This document shows, piece after piece, positions 38,455 to 48,138 of a stretch of DNA of 64,000 nt. Numbering within the stretch: the first letter of the stretch is position 1; every line of letters starts with the position of its first letter. The position numbers were made by a program, and so were the translations under genes. The DNA comes from Promethearchaeota archaeon (GTDB lineage: Archaea; Asgardarchaeota; Lokiarchaeia; Sigyniarchaeales; SOKP01): NCBI GenBank assembly GCA_030599585.1, contig JAUVNS010000012.1, positions 32,001 to 96,000 of the forward strand. Reading direction: 5' to 3'. The notes under the pieces are model-generated. The model worked only from the letters and a program-made list of their open reading frames with translations, did not search any database and was not told the DNA's origin.

Positions 38455-39849
38455 ATGGAAAATTTAGATAAAAATTTTGATGTCATCGTCGTTGGAGCCG
38501 GAACTGGAGGGAGTATCGCTGCTCGGTTTGTATCCGAAAAAGGTTTAAAAGTCTGTCTTATTGATCGAAAAGATAAGAAAGACATTGGCAATAAAATATG
38601 TGGTGATGCTGTTGGAAACGAGATCTTTGATTTCCTGAAGATTAATCATCCGAAAAATGACGAGTTTTCTTGTCGAATTAAGGGTGCTAAATTATACTCA
38701 CCAGATCAAAAGAAATGCATTGATTTAACTGATCCAAAACAAGCGGGTTACATCATAAATAGATTAGAATTTGGACAACGATTACTTAACGAAGCTATTA
38801 ATTCAGGAGTAGATCAATTCCTAGATAAAACAATAGTTTTGGATTTGCTATATGACAAAAACATAGTGAATGGAGTAAATATAAAACTCAGTAGTGGTGA
38901 AAAAGTAGACCTACATTCCAAAATTTTGATAGATGCATCTGGATTCTACTCCCCTCTAAGAAAAAGAGCACGCGGTATGTTGGTTGAGAAAGAAATATCG
39001 AAAGAAGACAGTATCTTATGTTATAGAGAAATTGTTAAATTTTCCCCACATGATCTGAAAATTAAAAATCCGGATTATATTACAATAATAATAAATCAAG
39101 AGAAAGCACCAGGCGGTTACATATGGTACTTTCCTAAAAACGAATCCTCTGTCAATATTGGTTTAGGAACATATATGTCCATGAAAGGTAACGTAAAATC
39201 ACTATACCGACAAAATGTTTTTAACGAGTTTATAAAAACTTCTACATACGAAATTGTATCCTCTGGTGGTGGTGTAGTACCTGTCCGAAGGCCTTTATGG
39301 TCTTGCGCAGACGATGGAATTATGTTTATTGGGGATGCCGCTTGCCAAGTTAACCCCCTCCACGGTGGTGGCATCGATCCTTCAATGAGAGGTGGTTTTT
39401 TTGCTGCTAAAACTGCTGTAGCCGCAATTGAAAAAGAAGATTTCTCCATCAAAGCATTATGGAACTATAATTATCGTGTTATGACTAGTTTTGGAGCTGA
39501 ATTCGCTTCCTTAGATTTGTTACGAATGACGCTACAGGTCTTATCTAACGAAGAATTAAATTTTGCGTTAAAGCAAGACTTATTTAGCGGTAAAGAAATT
39601 CTCGAAATCTCTTCAACTGGAGAATTTGAACTCCCCTTACTCAGTATGGTAAGCAAAGCGTTCAAAGGGATTACTAAACCAAATTTATTGCTAGATTTGA
39701 ATTATTTAAGAATACGAATGAATGAAATTTCTAAATTATACAAGAATTTTCCCACGGATATTAATCAATTCGACGAATGGAAAAATCGTGCCATTCAGAT
39801 ATATGATAAGATCAAGAAAATGTTAATTAATACAAAAAAAAATAAATAA
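38455..39849 (+). CDS. Digeranylgeranylglycerophospholipid reductase (geranylgeranyl reductase family)
   Basis: DVIVVGAG.GG, KICG, APGGY.WYFPK, GDAA..VNP..GGGI. Confidence 0.9.
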   Translation: MENLDKNFDVIVVGAGTGGSIAARFVSEKGLKVCLIDRKDKKDIGNKICGDAVGNEIFDFLKINHPKNDEFSCRIKGAKLYSPDQKKCIDLTDPKQAGYIINRLEFGQRLLNEAINSGVDQFLDKTIVLDLLYDKNIVNGVNIKLSSGEKVDLHSKILIDASGFYSPLRKRARGMLVEKEISKEDSILCYREIVKFSPHDLKIKNPDYITIIINQEKAPGGYIWYFPKNESSVNIGLGTYMSMKGNVKSLYRQNVFNEFIKTSTYEIVSSGGGVVPVRRPLWSCADDGIMFIGDAACQVNPLHGGGIDPSMRGGFFAAKTAVAAIEKEDFSIKALWNYNYRVMTSFGAEFASLDLLRMTLQVLSNEELNFALKQDLFSGKEILEISSTGEFELPLLSMVSKAFKGITKPNLLLDLNYLRIRMNEISKLYKNFPTDINQFDEWKNRAIQIYDKIKKMLINTKKNK

Positions 39850-39876
39850 ATGATAATAAGTAAATAATTATAATAA

Positions 39877-40674
39877 GTGAATTTTATGACAAGCACCTAC
39901 GAATATCTAATAAATAAGATAAATCAAGATGGCACGCTCCACTTCTCTTTAATAGATCCTGATCCCACCAAACAAAGCCCTTCTAAAGCGGGAAGAATGG
40001 CGCTTTTCGCTGAACAAGCTGGAACCGATGCCATTTTAATTGGTGGAAGCACGGTATTTGACCAAAAATTCGTCGATGCGACAATTTTGGCCATAAAAGA
40101 AAAAGTTAAATTACCTATTATAATTTTTCCTGGGGGTGTTGCCAATCTTTCAAAAGAAGCGGATGCAATCTTATTTATGTCGATATTAAATTCAGAAGAC
40201 CCTTATTTTATAGTAGGCCAGCAAGCGCTTGCCTCCTATACTGTAAAAATGGCAAATCTCGAAATTTTATCTACCGGATACTTAATTGTAGAACCTGGTG
40301 GCACTGCTGGTTGGATAAGTAGGGCTAAACTACTTCCAAGAAAAAAACCTAAATTAACAGCAGCATATGCATTAGCTGCAGAATATTTTGGTTTCAAGTT
40401 TATATATCTAGAAGCTGGTTCAGGTAGCGAAAGAATGCCATCAGAAATTATTAGACTATGTTCAAGTATTTTAAATATTCCGATAATTGTGGGAGGCGGG
40501 GTAAGTTCTAAAGAAGATGCAAGAAGTTTTGTTGAAGCAGGAGCAGATATCATCGTAATGGGAACATTTATAGAAAATCAAATTTTAAAGGACGATGGGA
40601 ACGCCTTAAAAGCAATTATCGATGAAATAAAAGAATCCAGCAAAAATCGTAAAAAGAATTATAGTCTAAAATAA
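39877..40674 (+). CDS. Geranylgeranylglyceryl phosphate synthase
   Basis: LIDPD, DAILIGGS, FPG, F.S.LNS, YLEAGSG, VGGG, GAD..V.G. Confidence 0.95.
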   Translation: MNFMTSTYEYLINKINQDGTLHFSLIDPDPTKQSPSKAGRMALFAEQAGTDAILIGGSTVFDQKFVDATILAIKEKVKLPIIIFPGGVANLSKEADAILFMSILNSEDPYFIVGQQALASYTVKMANLEILSTGYLIVEPGGTAGWISRAKLLPRKKPKLTAAYALAAEYFGFKFIYLEAGSGSERMPSEIIRLCSSILNIPIIVGGGVSSKEDARSFVEAGADIIVMGTFIENQILKDDGNALKAIIDEIKESSKNRKKNYSLK

Positions 40675-40694
40675 AAAAAATTACATTCTAATCT

Positions 40695-41567
40695 ATGAAG
40701 TTTAAAGACGCTATTGAGATAGCTCGACCTATTAATTGTTTAATGGGAGCTTTGACCGTAGTTATCGGTCTATTAAATACGCGGTTAAACGTACCCCCTG
40801 AGAAATTAATGATAAATATCATTCTAGGCGTTTTTATGTATATTTTCCTCGCAGCTTCAACCAATATTATCAATGATATTTACGATATCGAAATTGATAA
40901 AGTAAATAGACCAGAACGTCCTATTCCAAGAGGTTCAATAAGTTTAAAACAAGCTAAAGAATTATCTATTCTTTATCTTATCATCGCAATAATTCTGAGC
41001 CTACTAAATACTCTCATTTTTAGCTTAACCCTGATAAATTTAGCATTAGTATCTTTCTTCGGGTTTATCGGTTGGGTCTATGCAAAGTGGGGAAAGCGAA
41101 GCGGCTTTATTGGAAATGTCATCGTAGGTATTTCTTATTCGATTGGATTAGTTTATGGAGGGTATTTAAATGGCCCAATTATCCCTTCATATATCTTATT
41201 TTTCTTTTTAACCGCATTCTCTCTTTTAGTGGCTCGAGAGATTATAAAAGGCTGCGAAGACATAGAAGGAGATAAGATTCAAGGGGTTAAAACGTTAGCA
41301 ATTAAAATCGGAATTAAGGCTTCTAGAACTATATCAGTAATATTTGCCCTTTCAGCGATACTCTTTTTTATTTTACCAGTATTTACAAATATACTCAACA
41401 AATTCCTTTTCATTATTTTCATGGTTATTGGTTTAATCGAAGTAGGATACACGATTCTTCTAATGCTTACTTCTGATTTAAAACAAGAAGATTTAAAGAA
41501 AATCAGCTTATTACTAAAAATAGGAATGCTTTTAGGATTAATTGCTTTCTTATTTGCTAGTTTGTAG
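40695..41567 (+). CDS. Digeranylgeranylglyceryl phosphate synthase (UbiA family)
   Basis: RP.N, NDIYDIEID.VNRP.RPIP.G, REIIK..ED..GD...G..T. Confidence 0.93.
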   Translation: MKFKDAIEIARPINCLMGALTVVIGLLNTRLNVPPEKLMINIILGVFMYIFLAASTNIINDIYDIEIDKVNRPERPIPRGSISLKQAKELSILYLIIAIILSLLNTLIFSLTLINLALVSFFGFIGWVYAKWGKRSGFIGNVIVGISYSIGLVYGGYLNGPIIPSYILFFFLTAFSLLVAREIIKGCEDIEGDKIQGVKTLAIKIGIKASRTISVIFALSAILFFILPVFTNILNKFLFIIFMVIGLIEVGYTILLMLTSDLKQEDLKKISLLLKIGMLLGLIAFLFASL

Positions 41568-41609
41568 CTTATTTCTTAGAAATATGCAGTTTTAGAGCCG
41601 TTAAAATAT

Positions 41610-43049
41610 TCAAACCTTTTGAGTTGCTTTATAATCGCCAATCATTTCAATAATATCTATTACACTCCCATTTTCAATCAAAGCTTTCAAACGCTTCTTT
41701 TTCTCTATTTCAAGTTCATAAGGGAACGTCTCAATTATTTTCCTAACTTGGGTCAGTCCAAGATATTTTCTTGTATAATTTGCGTTAGAGTATTTATATG
41801 TTGTTAGAAATTCGCTATCCAACTTCTCTCTAAAATGTTCCAATAGGATATTGAAGTAATTCCGTAATAGAAGCTGATCGTTAAAAGTTAATTCTGGAGT
41901 AAGAAATACCTGTATAGGATGGGTGCGATAAGTATTTCCAGACACATAAATCCCATCAACTCCAAAATGTTCCTTAATAATTCCTAATCCTGCTCTTCCA
42001 TCAATTGATCCCGTATCAACAGTTCGGGCGTAAAGAATATTTCTATGCAACATCTCTTGTAAATTTTTGTTTACTTTGAGAATCAACTTTCTATAATGAG
42101 TATTTTCATATTTATTAGCATCGATGACAGAGATCTCAAATGGGCCTGAATTTTTTAAAACTTCATCGTGCTGTAAATAATATCTAATTTTTAATGGATT
42201 ATGCGTAGCATGCTCTTCTAAAAATTCATCAAAATCAGAACCTGCTCGATATTTATATTTCGGGGTTAAGTGATATTCTCTGTTCAAAAATTTGTTTTTC
42301 TTTTTAAATTTAATAGCTTTGAAAGATTGAATTTCATCCTTTTGTTGCGTTTTTCTATTAAAGAAACTAATACAAATGTTTGTTCCCGTAAACTCAAACA
42401 TACTAGTTTCAAATATAATCATTTTTGCTATTACATAATATTTTAAAAAATCCTGCCGAACTTTATTAGAAACAGATGCACCAAATAAGAAATTAGAGGG
42501 AATAACATAGATTAGATTAACTATCTTGTTGCGTAAATCATTAATCATAGCAATTTGATATAAATCCTGATATCCTGCATTCTCGTTTTTAAAATAGTCC
42601 AAATAATTTTGGGTTTCTTTGTGCTTCTTTATGTATCCTAAATATAAGTATGGTGGATTTGTTATGTGAAATATAGGAAATTTCTTACGCTTTATTATCT
42701 GAGGAAAACTTTCTAGATTATCGCGTAATTTAATATTTGTACGTGCAATCTCACCAGAAATGCCATATGATTCAGCATTAGAAATACATCTTTTAACCAT
42801 TTCCTCTTGTACATCAGCTAAAAAAATATGATCCTTGAAAAAAGTTTCTCGCTCATCGGACGGAATTTCTCTCAGTATTGGTAAGATTAAGTTGCCCTCT
42901 CCGGCGTATAGGTCTGTCCAAAGATATTCCCAAAGATTCGTTTTTATTTCGGGAAGAATATATTTATAAAAAATATCTAAGGATGTCAAGTGTTGACCAT
43001 ACTTGCGTCTGTTCGCTTTTTTCTCGATATCTTGTGTTTTATTCCCCAT
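41610..43049 (-). CDS. N6-adenine DNA methyltransferase-like protein
   Basis: YGQHLT, DLYAGEGNL (motif I), ITNPPY (motif IV), IPSNF. Confidence 0.8.
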   Translation of the reverse strand: MGNKTQDIEKKANRRKYGQHLTSLDIFYKYILPEIKTNLWEYLWTDLYAGEGNLILPILREIPSDERETFFKDHIFLADVQEEMVKRCISNAESYGISGEIARTNIKLRDNLESFPQIIKRKKFPIFHITNPPYLYLGYIKKHKETQNYLDYFKNENAGYQDLYQIAMINDLRNKIVNLIYVIPSNFLFGASVSNKVRQDFLKYYVIAKMIIFETSMFEFTGTNICISFFNRKTQQKDEIQSFKAIKFKKKNKFLNREYHLTPKYKYRAGSDFDEFLEEHATHNPLKIRYYLQHDEVLKNSGPFEISVIDANKYENTHYRKLILKVNKNLQEMLHRNILYARTVDTGSIDGRAGLGIIKEHFGVDGIYVSGNTYRTHPIQVFLTPELTFNDQLLLRNYFNILLEHFREKLDSEFLTTYKYSNANYTRKYLGLTQVRKIIETFPYELEIEKKKRLKALIENGSVIDIIEMIGDYKATQKV

Positions 43050-43225
43050 TTTTAAATATAATATTATGTTTTTAGCTATTTTTTAATCTAATAGGTTTTA
43101 GAAAGAATTAAGTTTAAACTCGAAAATTGGTCTCCATTTTTTTTAATAGAATATTAGCATTAGTTTATTATAAAAATATTGAATTAATGTCAATTAAAAA
43201 TGATTAAATAATAACGTGAAATAAT

Positions 43226-44470
43226 ATGAGTGAAACCGAGAACAAAGTTGTAAAGAACTATATCGCTCAAGTTAAACAAAAACTTCCTGAATGGTTAAAA
43301 TGGAAGGACGATGAATTAAAAGACGTACTTGAGGATTTAAAAGCGCAATTATATGGTGAAGCACGAACTATTTCTCAAGGCGAAGAATTAACTGACGCAG
43401 ATTTACAAGAAGCGATCCGTAGAATGGGTACACCGGAAAGTATAGCTAAATTGTACAAAAACCGTGGCACACCCAAATTCTTTCTTACGCAGGAACTTTT
43501 TGATTTTTACTTAAGATCGTTGTTTTTCTTCTTTGGAATTGTTATTTTTATTAACATCATTGTAGGGGTTTTCCAATTCTTTTTTAGAGCATGGTGGGAA
43601 GTTTTAGGCGGAATTCTATCTGGTATTTGGATCGGTTGCCTTATAGCCGCCATCGTAATAACAATCGTTTTTGTTTACTTTTCGATGGAAGGATTTTTAC
43701 CAGAAGATTTTGGAATTATACCTAGACGCTTAGCGATTCTATTCCCTTTTAGCTTTACTGAAGAATACATGGATGAAACAAGAGCTTATACTAAACAACG
43801 CATAGAAGAAGCTAAGTTACTTGGAAAAGAAAAGCTCGCAGAAGCAAAAATACGAATAGAGGAGAAATTCGCTGATAAGAGAATTCAAAGAGAAGAGAAG
43901 CGAGTCGAAGCTAAAATACTTCGGAAACAAAAATTAGAAGAAGCAAAGGCATTAAGAAAGCAAAAATTAAAGGAAGCCAAGGAGAAAAGGGCGTTTAAAA
44001 AAACTCAACCTATCACAATTGGTGAATTAATATTTGGCACTACAGCCGGAATAATTTTCGGCTTACTTCTGATACTCCAACCTTTTTCAGTCACGGGGTT
44101 GATGCAACCAGCTTTCTTAAATTGGCTTTATTACTTTGGGCTTTTGATTTTCGTGAGTGGACTAATTAGTTTGATTAGGCTCGTAATCGGAGTTAGTAAT
44201 TATACAGGTCAACAAATTTTCCTAGTAATTGGAGCTCTTTACAAGCTTTCATACGTCCCATTGTTTGTATTTCTCCTTAACGAACCGCAGATTTTTCCAA
44301 TATATATGTTTTCAGGAGGAGTTATATCTTCCATACCATCTGATCCGTCAAGTATTATCTTCATTATATATTTCGGGGTAATAATTTTAATAATTGTAGG
44401 TATTTTTGGTGGTATGATCGGGAATTTTGTGAAAGTTGGAAAGTATTCCAAACTAAAAAAGGCTTATTAA
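43226..44470 (+). CDS. HAAS-domain membrane protein with coiled-coil insertion
   Basis: Y...V...LP...L.DL...L...AIRRMGTPESIAK.Y HAAS signature, TM helices and an E/K/R-rich helical insert. Confidence 0.8.
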   Translation: MSETENKVVKNYIAQVKQKLPEWLKWKDDELKDVLEDLKAQLYGEARTISQGEELTDADLQEAIRRMGTPESIAKLYKNRGTPKFFLTQELFDFYLRSLFFFFGIVIFINIIVGVFQFFFRAWWEVLGGILSGIWIGCLIAAIVITIVFVYFSMEGFLPEDFGIIPRRLAILFPFSFTEEYMDETRAYTKQRIEEAKLLGKEKLAEAKIRIEEKFADKRIQREEKRVEAKILRKQKLEEAKALRKQKLKEAKEKRAFKKTQPITIGELIFGTTAGIIFGLLLILQPFSVTGLMQPAFLNWLYYFGLLIFVSGLISLIRLVIGVSNYTGQQIFLVIGALYKLSYVPLFVFLLNEPQIFPIYMFSGGVISSIPSDPSSIIFIIYFGVIILIIVGIFGGMIGNFVKVGKYSKLKKAY

Positions 44471-44490
44471 AGCCTTCCTTTTTTTTATTT
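44459..44490 (+). terminator. Possible hairpin plus T-tract terminator after the HAAS gene
   Basis: AAGGCT-TATTAA-AGCCTT stem-loop followed by a T-rich run between convergent genes. Confidence 0.35.
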
Positions 44491-44607
44491 TAATATAATT
44501 TTAATGATAAATTCTATCAACTAATAGATGAGCTTAGATTTTCTATTAATATAATACGAAGAAGTTCAATTAAATACGATAAATAAAAAGAAAAAAAAAG
44601 TTATTTA

Positions 44608-45633
44608 TTATTTATATTTCTGTATCTTAAAGATGTTGTAGATATTTTCGATTGTTGTTAGGCATGTAATCGCGATAATAACGCTAATAATTGCTCTATA
44701 TTCGTCATAAAACTCTACAGAAATCCCAACATGTATCCATGGTTCTGAAAAGAATGGAAAAATCTCAGGACGATTCATTAAAATAACTAAAAGTGGAATT
44801 ACTGAGAGTTTAAGAGGAATTATTATTGCATGCAACACCTGGTGAGTCTTAGGTCGACGATTACCAATTATTCCCCTAGATATATCTAAAGAACCTTCAA
44901 GCATTGTAATTAACCCAAAAATTCTTAAAATCATTAAGAAATCGGGGAAAAACATGTATGTAGGGAAAGGTTGGGATAAAAGGACGATGCCAAATATTAG
45001 GCCAATTCCTCCACCTATAATTTCCCCTGCTGGCTTAATGAAAGGTTTTAAGGGTTGTTTTAGAGTTTGAGAAGCGGGAACTTCCTCTTCAATTTCTTGT
45101 TCCCTTAATTGTTTCATTAATTTTTGTTCTTTTTTAGACTTAAAATCTTCGGGAAAATATCCCTCGTGAGATAAAGCGACGAATACAATAGTAACTATTG
45201 TAAAGGAAAGGAGCAGACCTGATTGAATTCCCGTAATAAGCCCTCCGATTAAGGATCCAAATGAACCGTTTCCTGTGAAAAAACTCACTATTAACCCAAT
45301 TATAACCAATGCTACAATAACAGCGAAAACTGCAGAAAGTGCTTTGATGTATAAAGGCCATAATTCTTTAGTTATATAGTATTTAGGCTCTCCACGTCGT
45401 TTATACTCTTTTACGATATTCTGAGGCGTACCCATGTGATCAATTGCTAACTTAACCGATTTTTCATCAGGTTGGCCAGTTTCTGAAAGTTCTGCCGCTT
45501 TACTCCATAGATGCTCTTCCAAATCCGCCAAAATCTCTTTATGCTCTTTCTTGTCTTTAAGCCATTCAGGAAGATTCTTCCCAATTTCCTTTATATATTC
45601 TTTCACGGAATATTCCATGCTATTTTCATTCAT
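44608..45633 (-). CDS. HAAS-domain membrane protein (paralog), co-transcribed with PadR
   Basis: YIKEIGKNLP...ILADLEEHL...AIDHMGTPQNIVKEY. Shares EG(F/Y)xPEDF with 43226..44470 and overlaps the padR stop. Confidence 0.82.
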   Translation of the reverse strand: MNENSMEYSVKEYIKEIGKNLPEWLKDKKEHKEILADLEEHLWSKAAELSETGQPDEKSVKLAIDHMGTPQNIVKEYKRRGEPKYYITKELWPLYIKALSAVFAVIVALVIIGLIVSFFTGNGSFGSLIGGLITGIQSGLLLSFTIVTIVFVALSHEGYFPEDFKSKKEQKLMKQLREQEIEEEVPASQTLKQPLKPFIKPAGEIIGGGIGLIFGIVLLSQPFPTYMFFPDFLMILRIFGLITMLEGSLDISRGIIGNRRPKTHQVLHAIIIPLKLSVIPLLVILMNRPEIFPFFSEPWIHVGISVEFYDEYRAIISVIIAITCLTTIENIYNIFKIQKYK

Positions 45634-46159
45634 TTTTTAAACCTCTTTCATCTAATTCTTTTTCTATATAGTGCCCACATACGTCGCAATATTTTGCTTC
45701 TAAATTTTGGATATCAATTTTATTGGCACATGCGGGGCAATAAAGATATTTGTTTTGTTTTAAATGGACACTAACATCGAATAATGGTGCGATTGCTTCG
45801 GTTAGTTTCGAATAAAACCCTGATAAATAATTGTATATTTTCTCCCCGTAAACTGTAATGTAGTAGAATTTTCTCTTCCTTCCTTCTTCTTCTCTTTCAG
45901 ATTTTATTATTCTATCGCCTTCAAGTTTTCTTAATATAGGATAAAGCGTGCCTTCTTCAATTATTAGCATATTATGCGTTTGCTCTAGAAGGTCTTTGGA
46001 GATTTGATATCCGTGTACGCCAGTTTTTCCATATTGACTGATTATCGATAATATACTAAGCGTTGAAGTACCTCGATTTATTTCGGATTCAAACTTGGAA
46101 GCATATTCTTGGAACTCAGTGTCCATTCCTTTTACTTTTTTTATCAATTTTTGTAGCAC
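45626..46159 (-). CDS. PadR-family transcriptional regulator with C-terminal Zn-ribbon
   Basis: HGYQI, EGTLYPILRKLE, RKFY.IT..G; C-terminal CPAC...CDVCG. Confidence 0.92.
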   Translation of the reverse strand: MLQKLIKKVKGMDTEFQEYASKFESEINRGTSTLSILSIISQYGKTGVHGYQISKDLLEQTHNMLIIEEGTLYPILRKLEGDRIIKSEREEEGRKRKFYYITVYGEKIYNYLSGFYSKLTEAIAPLFDVSVHLKQNKYLYCPACANKIDIQNLEAKYCDVCGHYIEKELDERGLKNE

Positions 46160-46198
46160 CTTTTTTCAAAATAGTATTTATTTTATAGTATCTTATCA

Positions 46199-46219
46199 AT
46201 ACTATATCTGATATAGTAT
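46199..46219. promoter_or_regulatory. Perfect palindrome, candidate PadR operator overlapping a TATA box
   Basis: ATACTATATC-T-GATATAGTAT (10-bp arms). A minus-strand TTTATATA at 46224..46217 abuts it. Confidence 0.7.
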
Positions 46220-46296
46220 ATAAATCTTGGTATTGTTTATATTTTCTAAAATAAAAATTTATTACTCACCATATTTTCTAAAGAATTAGAATAACG

Positions 46297-47130
46297 ATGG
46301 AATTGTCCAAGAATCTGAGAGGTAAGCTTGAGAATCTTACATCCTTCTTAAGAGATAGAGAAGTAATCGTTGCATTTTCTGGAGGAGTTGACAGCAGTTT
46401 ATTAGCGTTTCTTTCAAATAAATTCGCTAAAAGAGCATTACTTGTAACCGAAAAATCAATCCTTTATCCTGATGAGGAGATTAGATTGACTAGCGAATTT
46501 GCAAAAAAATACAGCATAACCCATTTGATAATTGAGCGTGATCCTTTAAAAGATGAAAATTTTAAAGTCAATCCTAAAAATCGGTGTTACATTTGTAAAA
46601 CAGGCTTATATAAGGACATCATAAAAATTAAGGAAGAGAAGGATTTTGATATAATATTAGATGGGTCAAATATAGACGATTTATCAGATTATAGGCCAGG
46701 AATGCAAGCTCTGAGAGAGTTAAATATTACCACTCCTTATATAGATTTCAAAATAAACAAACAAGAGATTAGAGAGTTATGCAAATACTTTGATTTAGAA
46801 GTTCAGTCGAAACCTTCAATGGCCTGTTTTTCGTCGCGTATACCCTACGATCAAGATATCAACGAGGAGAAATTAGAAATGATTAGAGAGGCTGAAAAAT
46901 TTTTGAGAAATTCATACAATTTAAACCAGTTACGAGTCAGACTCCACGAAGGAAAACTAGCACGAATCGAGCTTATGCCTGAGGATATTATGAAAGTTAT
47001 GACCGATAAAAACATTGAAAAAATTAAAACTAAATTCAAACAATTAGGATTTTGCTACATTACGATTGATTTAGAAGGATTTCGGTCTGGATCACTAAAT
47101 GAAGTCTTCATTTTTAATGGAGTAGATTAA
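46297..47130 (+). CDS. larE: ATP-dependent sacrificial sulfur transferase LarE
   Basis: AFSGGVDS, RCY.CK, DG.N.DD..DYRPG, KPS.AC..SR.PY, RVR.H, GFRSGS.N. Confidence 0.93.
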   Translation: MELSKNLRGKLENLTSFLRDREVIVAFSGGVDSSLLAFLSNKFAKRALLVTEKSILYPDEEIRLTSEFAKKYSITHLIIERDPLKDENFKVNPKNRCYICKTGLYKDIIKIKEEKDFDIILDGSNIDDLSDYRPGMQALRELNITTPYIDFKINKQEIRELCKYFDLEVQSKPSMACFSSRIPYDQDINEEKLEMIREAEKFLRNSYNLNQLRVRLHEGKLARIELMPEDIMKVMTDKNIEKIKTKFKQLGFCYITIDLEGFRSGSLNEVFIFNGVD

Positions 47131-47132
47131 AT

Positions 47133-47990
47133 TTAATGACTTCTTCTAAAATATCCCGCATAAAAAATTACAGCTCCGAGCATACCAAAAAGATCAAAAA
47201 TATACCAGGCACTACTAAAACCAACAATAATAGTAGGAACACTACCAAATGTTTCTGTAAAAATAATACTTGATGATATTCCTTTTGCAATAAAATTAAT
47301 TATTACTAAGAACAATAACATATACTTTCCTTTTAATTTCAACCTAAAAAAATACCAGTATTTATTAGGGCTATCCAGTAGAAGAAACACATTCACTCCA
47401 AGTAACCCTCCTGAAGCTAAACCAATAGGAAAATAAAATATTATGATATTAATATAAGGAATATACATACTCATTAATAGGTTAATTAAACCACCTAAAA
47501 CAGAACAAGCTACAAATAAAAATAACAAAAATTTTGGACCGTATTTATTTTCAATAGTTCTAATAAAATAGTAAGAACAGACTAACAATATGATAAAATA
47601 AGCTAATTCGATTGGGTTAGCAAAGTAAATAACGAAAATTGAGGTGAATATAGTCCAAATAAATGAATCGGAATAAAAACCAGAAGTAAAATGGCTTATA
47701 CACATATAATACGGATAAAAGTAAGCAATTATCGAGGAAATAACTAATACTGCATATAAAACGAGCGTTCCGATAAAAAATCTTTCTCCTTGTACACCTA
47801 TGTCTCTATTTCTACTAAATTTTTCCCTTTTTCGTTGTTTCTCCTTAATTCGCTTTTTCTGATATTTAACATCAAAACTACAGTCATGATTTTCTGGTAA
47901 TCGGTGTTTACCACAAAAATTACCCCCACAATAGCTACATTTAAAGGGTAATGCTCCGGCTTTTTCACCACAAAATTCACAATAAGACAA
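47133..47990 (-). CDS. AN1-type zinc finger fused to a rhomboid-like membrane domain
   Basis: CEFC...LPFKCSYCGGNFCGKHRLPENHDC (AN1). TM region with W..FTSIF, IE..YG and GLASGG. Confidence 0.8.
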   Translation of the reverse strand: MSYCEFCGEKAGALPFKCSYCGGNFCGKHRLPENHDCSFDVKYQKKRIKEKQRKREKFSRNRDIGVQGERFFIGTLVLYAVLVISSIIAYFYPYYMCISHFTSGFYSDSFIWTIFTSIFVIYFANPIELAYFIILLVCSYYFIRTIENKYGPKFLLFLFVACSVLGGLINLLMSMYIPYINIIIFYFPIGLASGGLLGVNVFLLLDSPNKYWYFFRLKLKGKYMLLFLVIINFIAKGISSSIIFTETFGSVPTIIVGFSSAWYIFDLFGMLGAVIFYAGYFRRSH

Positions 47991-48138
47991 ATGATGTCTC
48001 CAAGGTTAATTTTTGAAAAAATTTCTATTTATGTCTTTAATTATATTTCGATTTAAATCTTTTTAAATCTTATTGATGTTTTAAATTTTGAAATAAATCT
48101 TAAGTAGGTATGATTAAAATATAAAGTATAAGGAAGTT

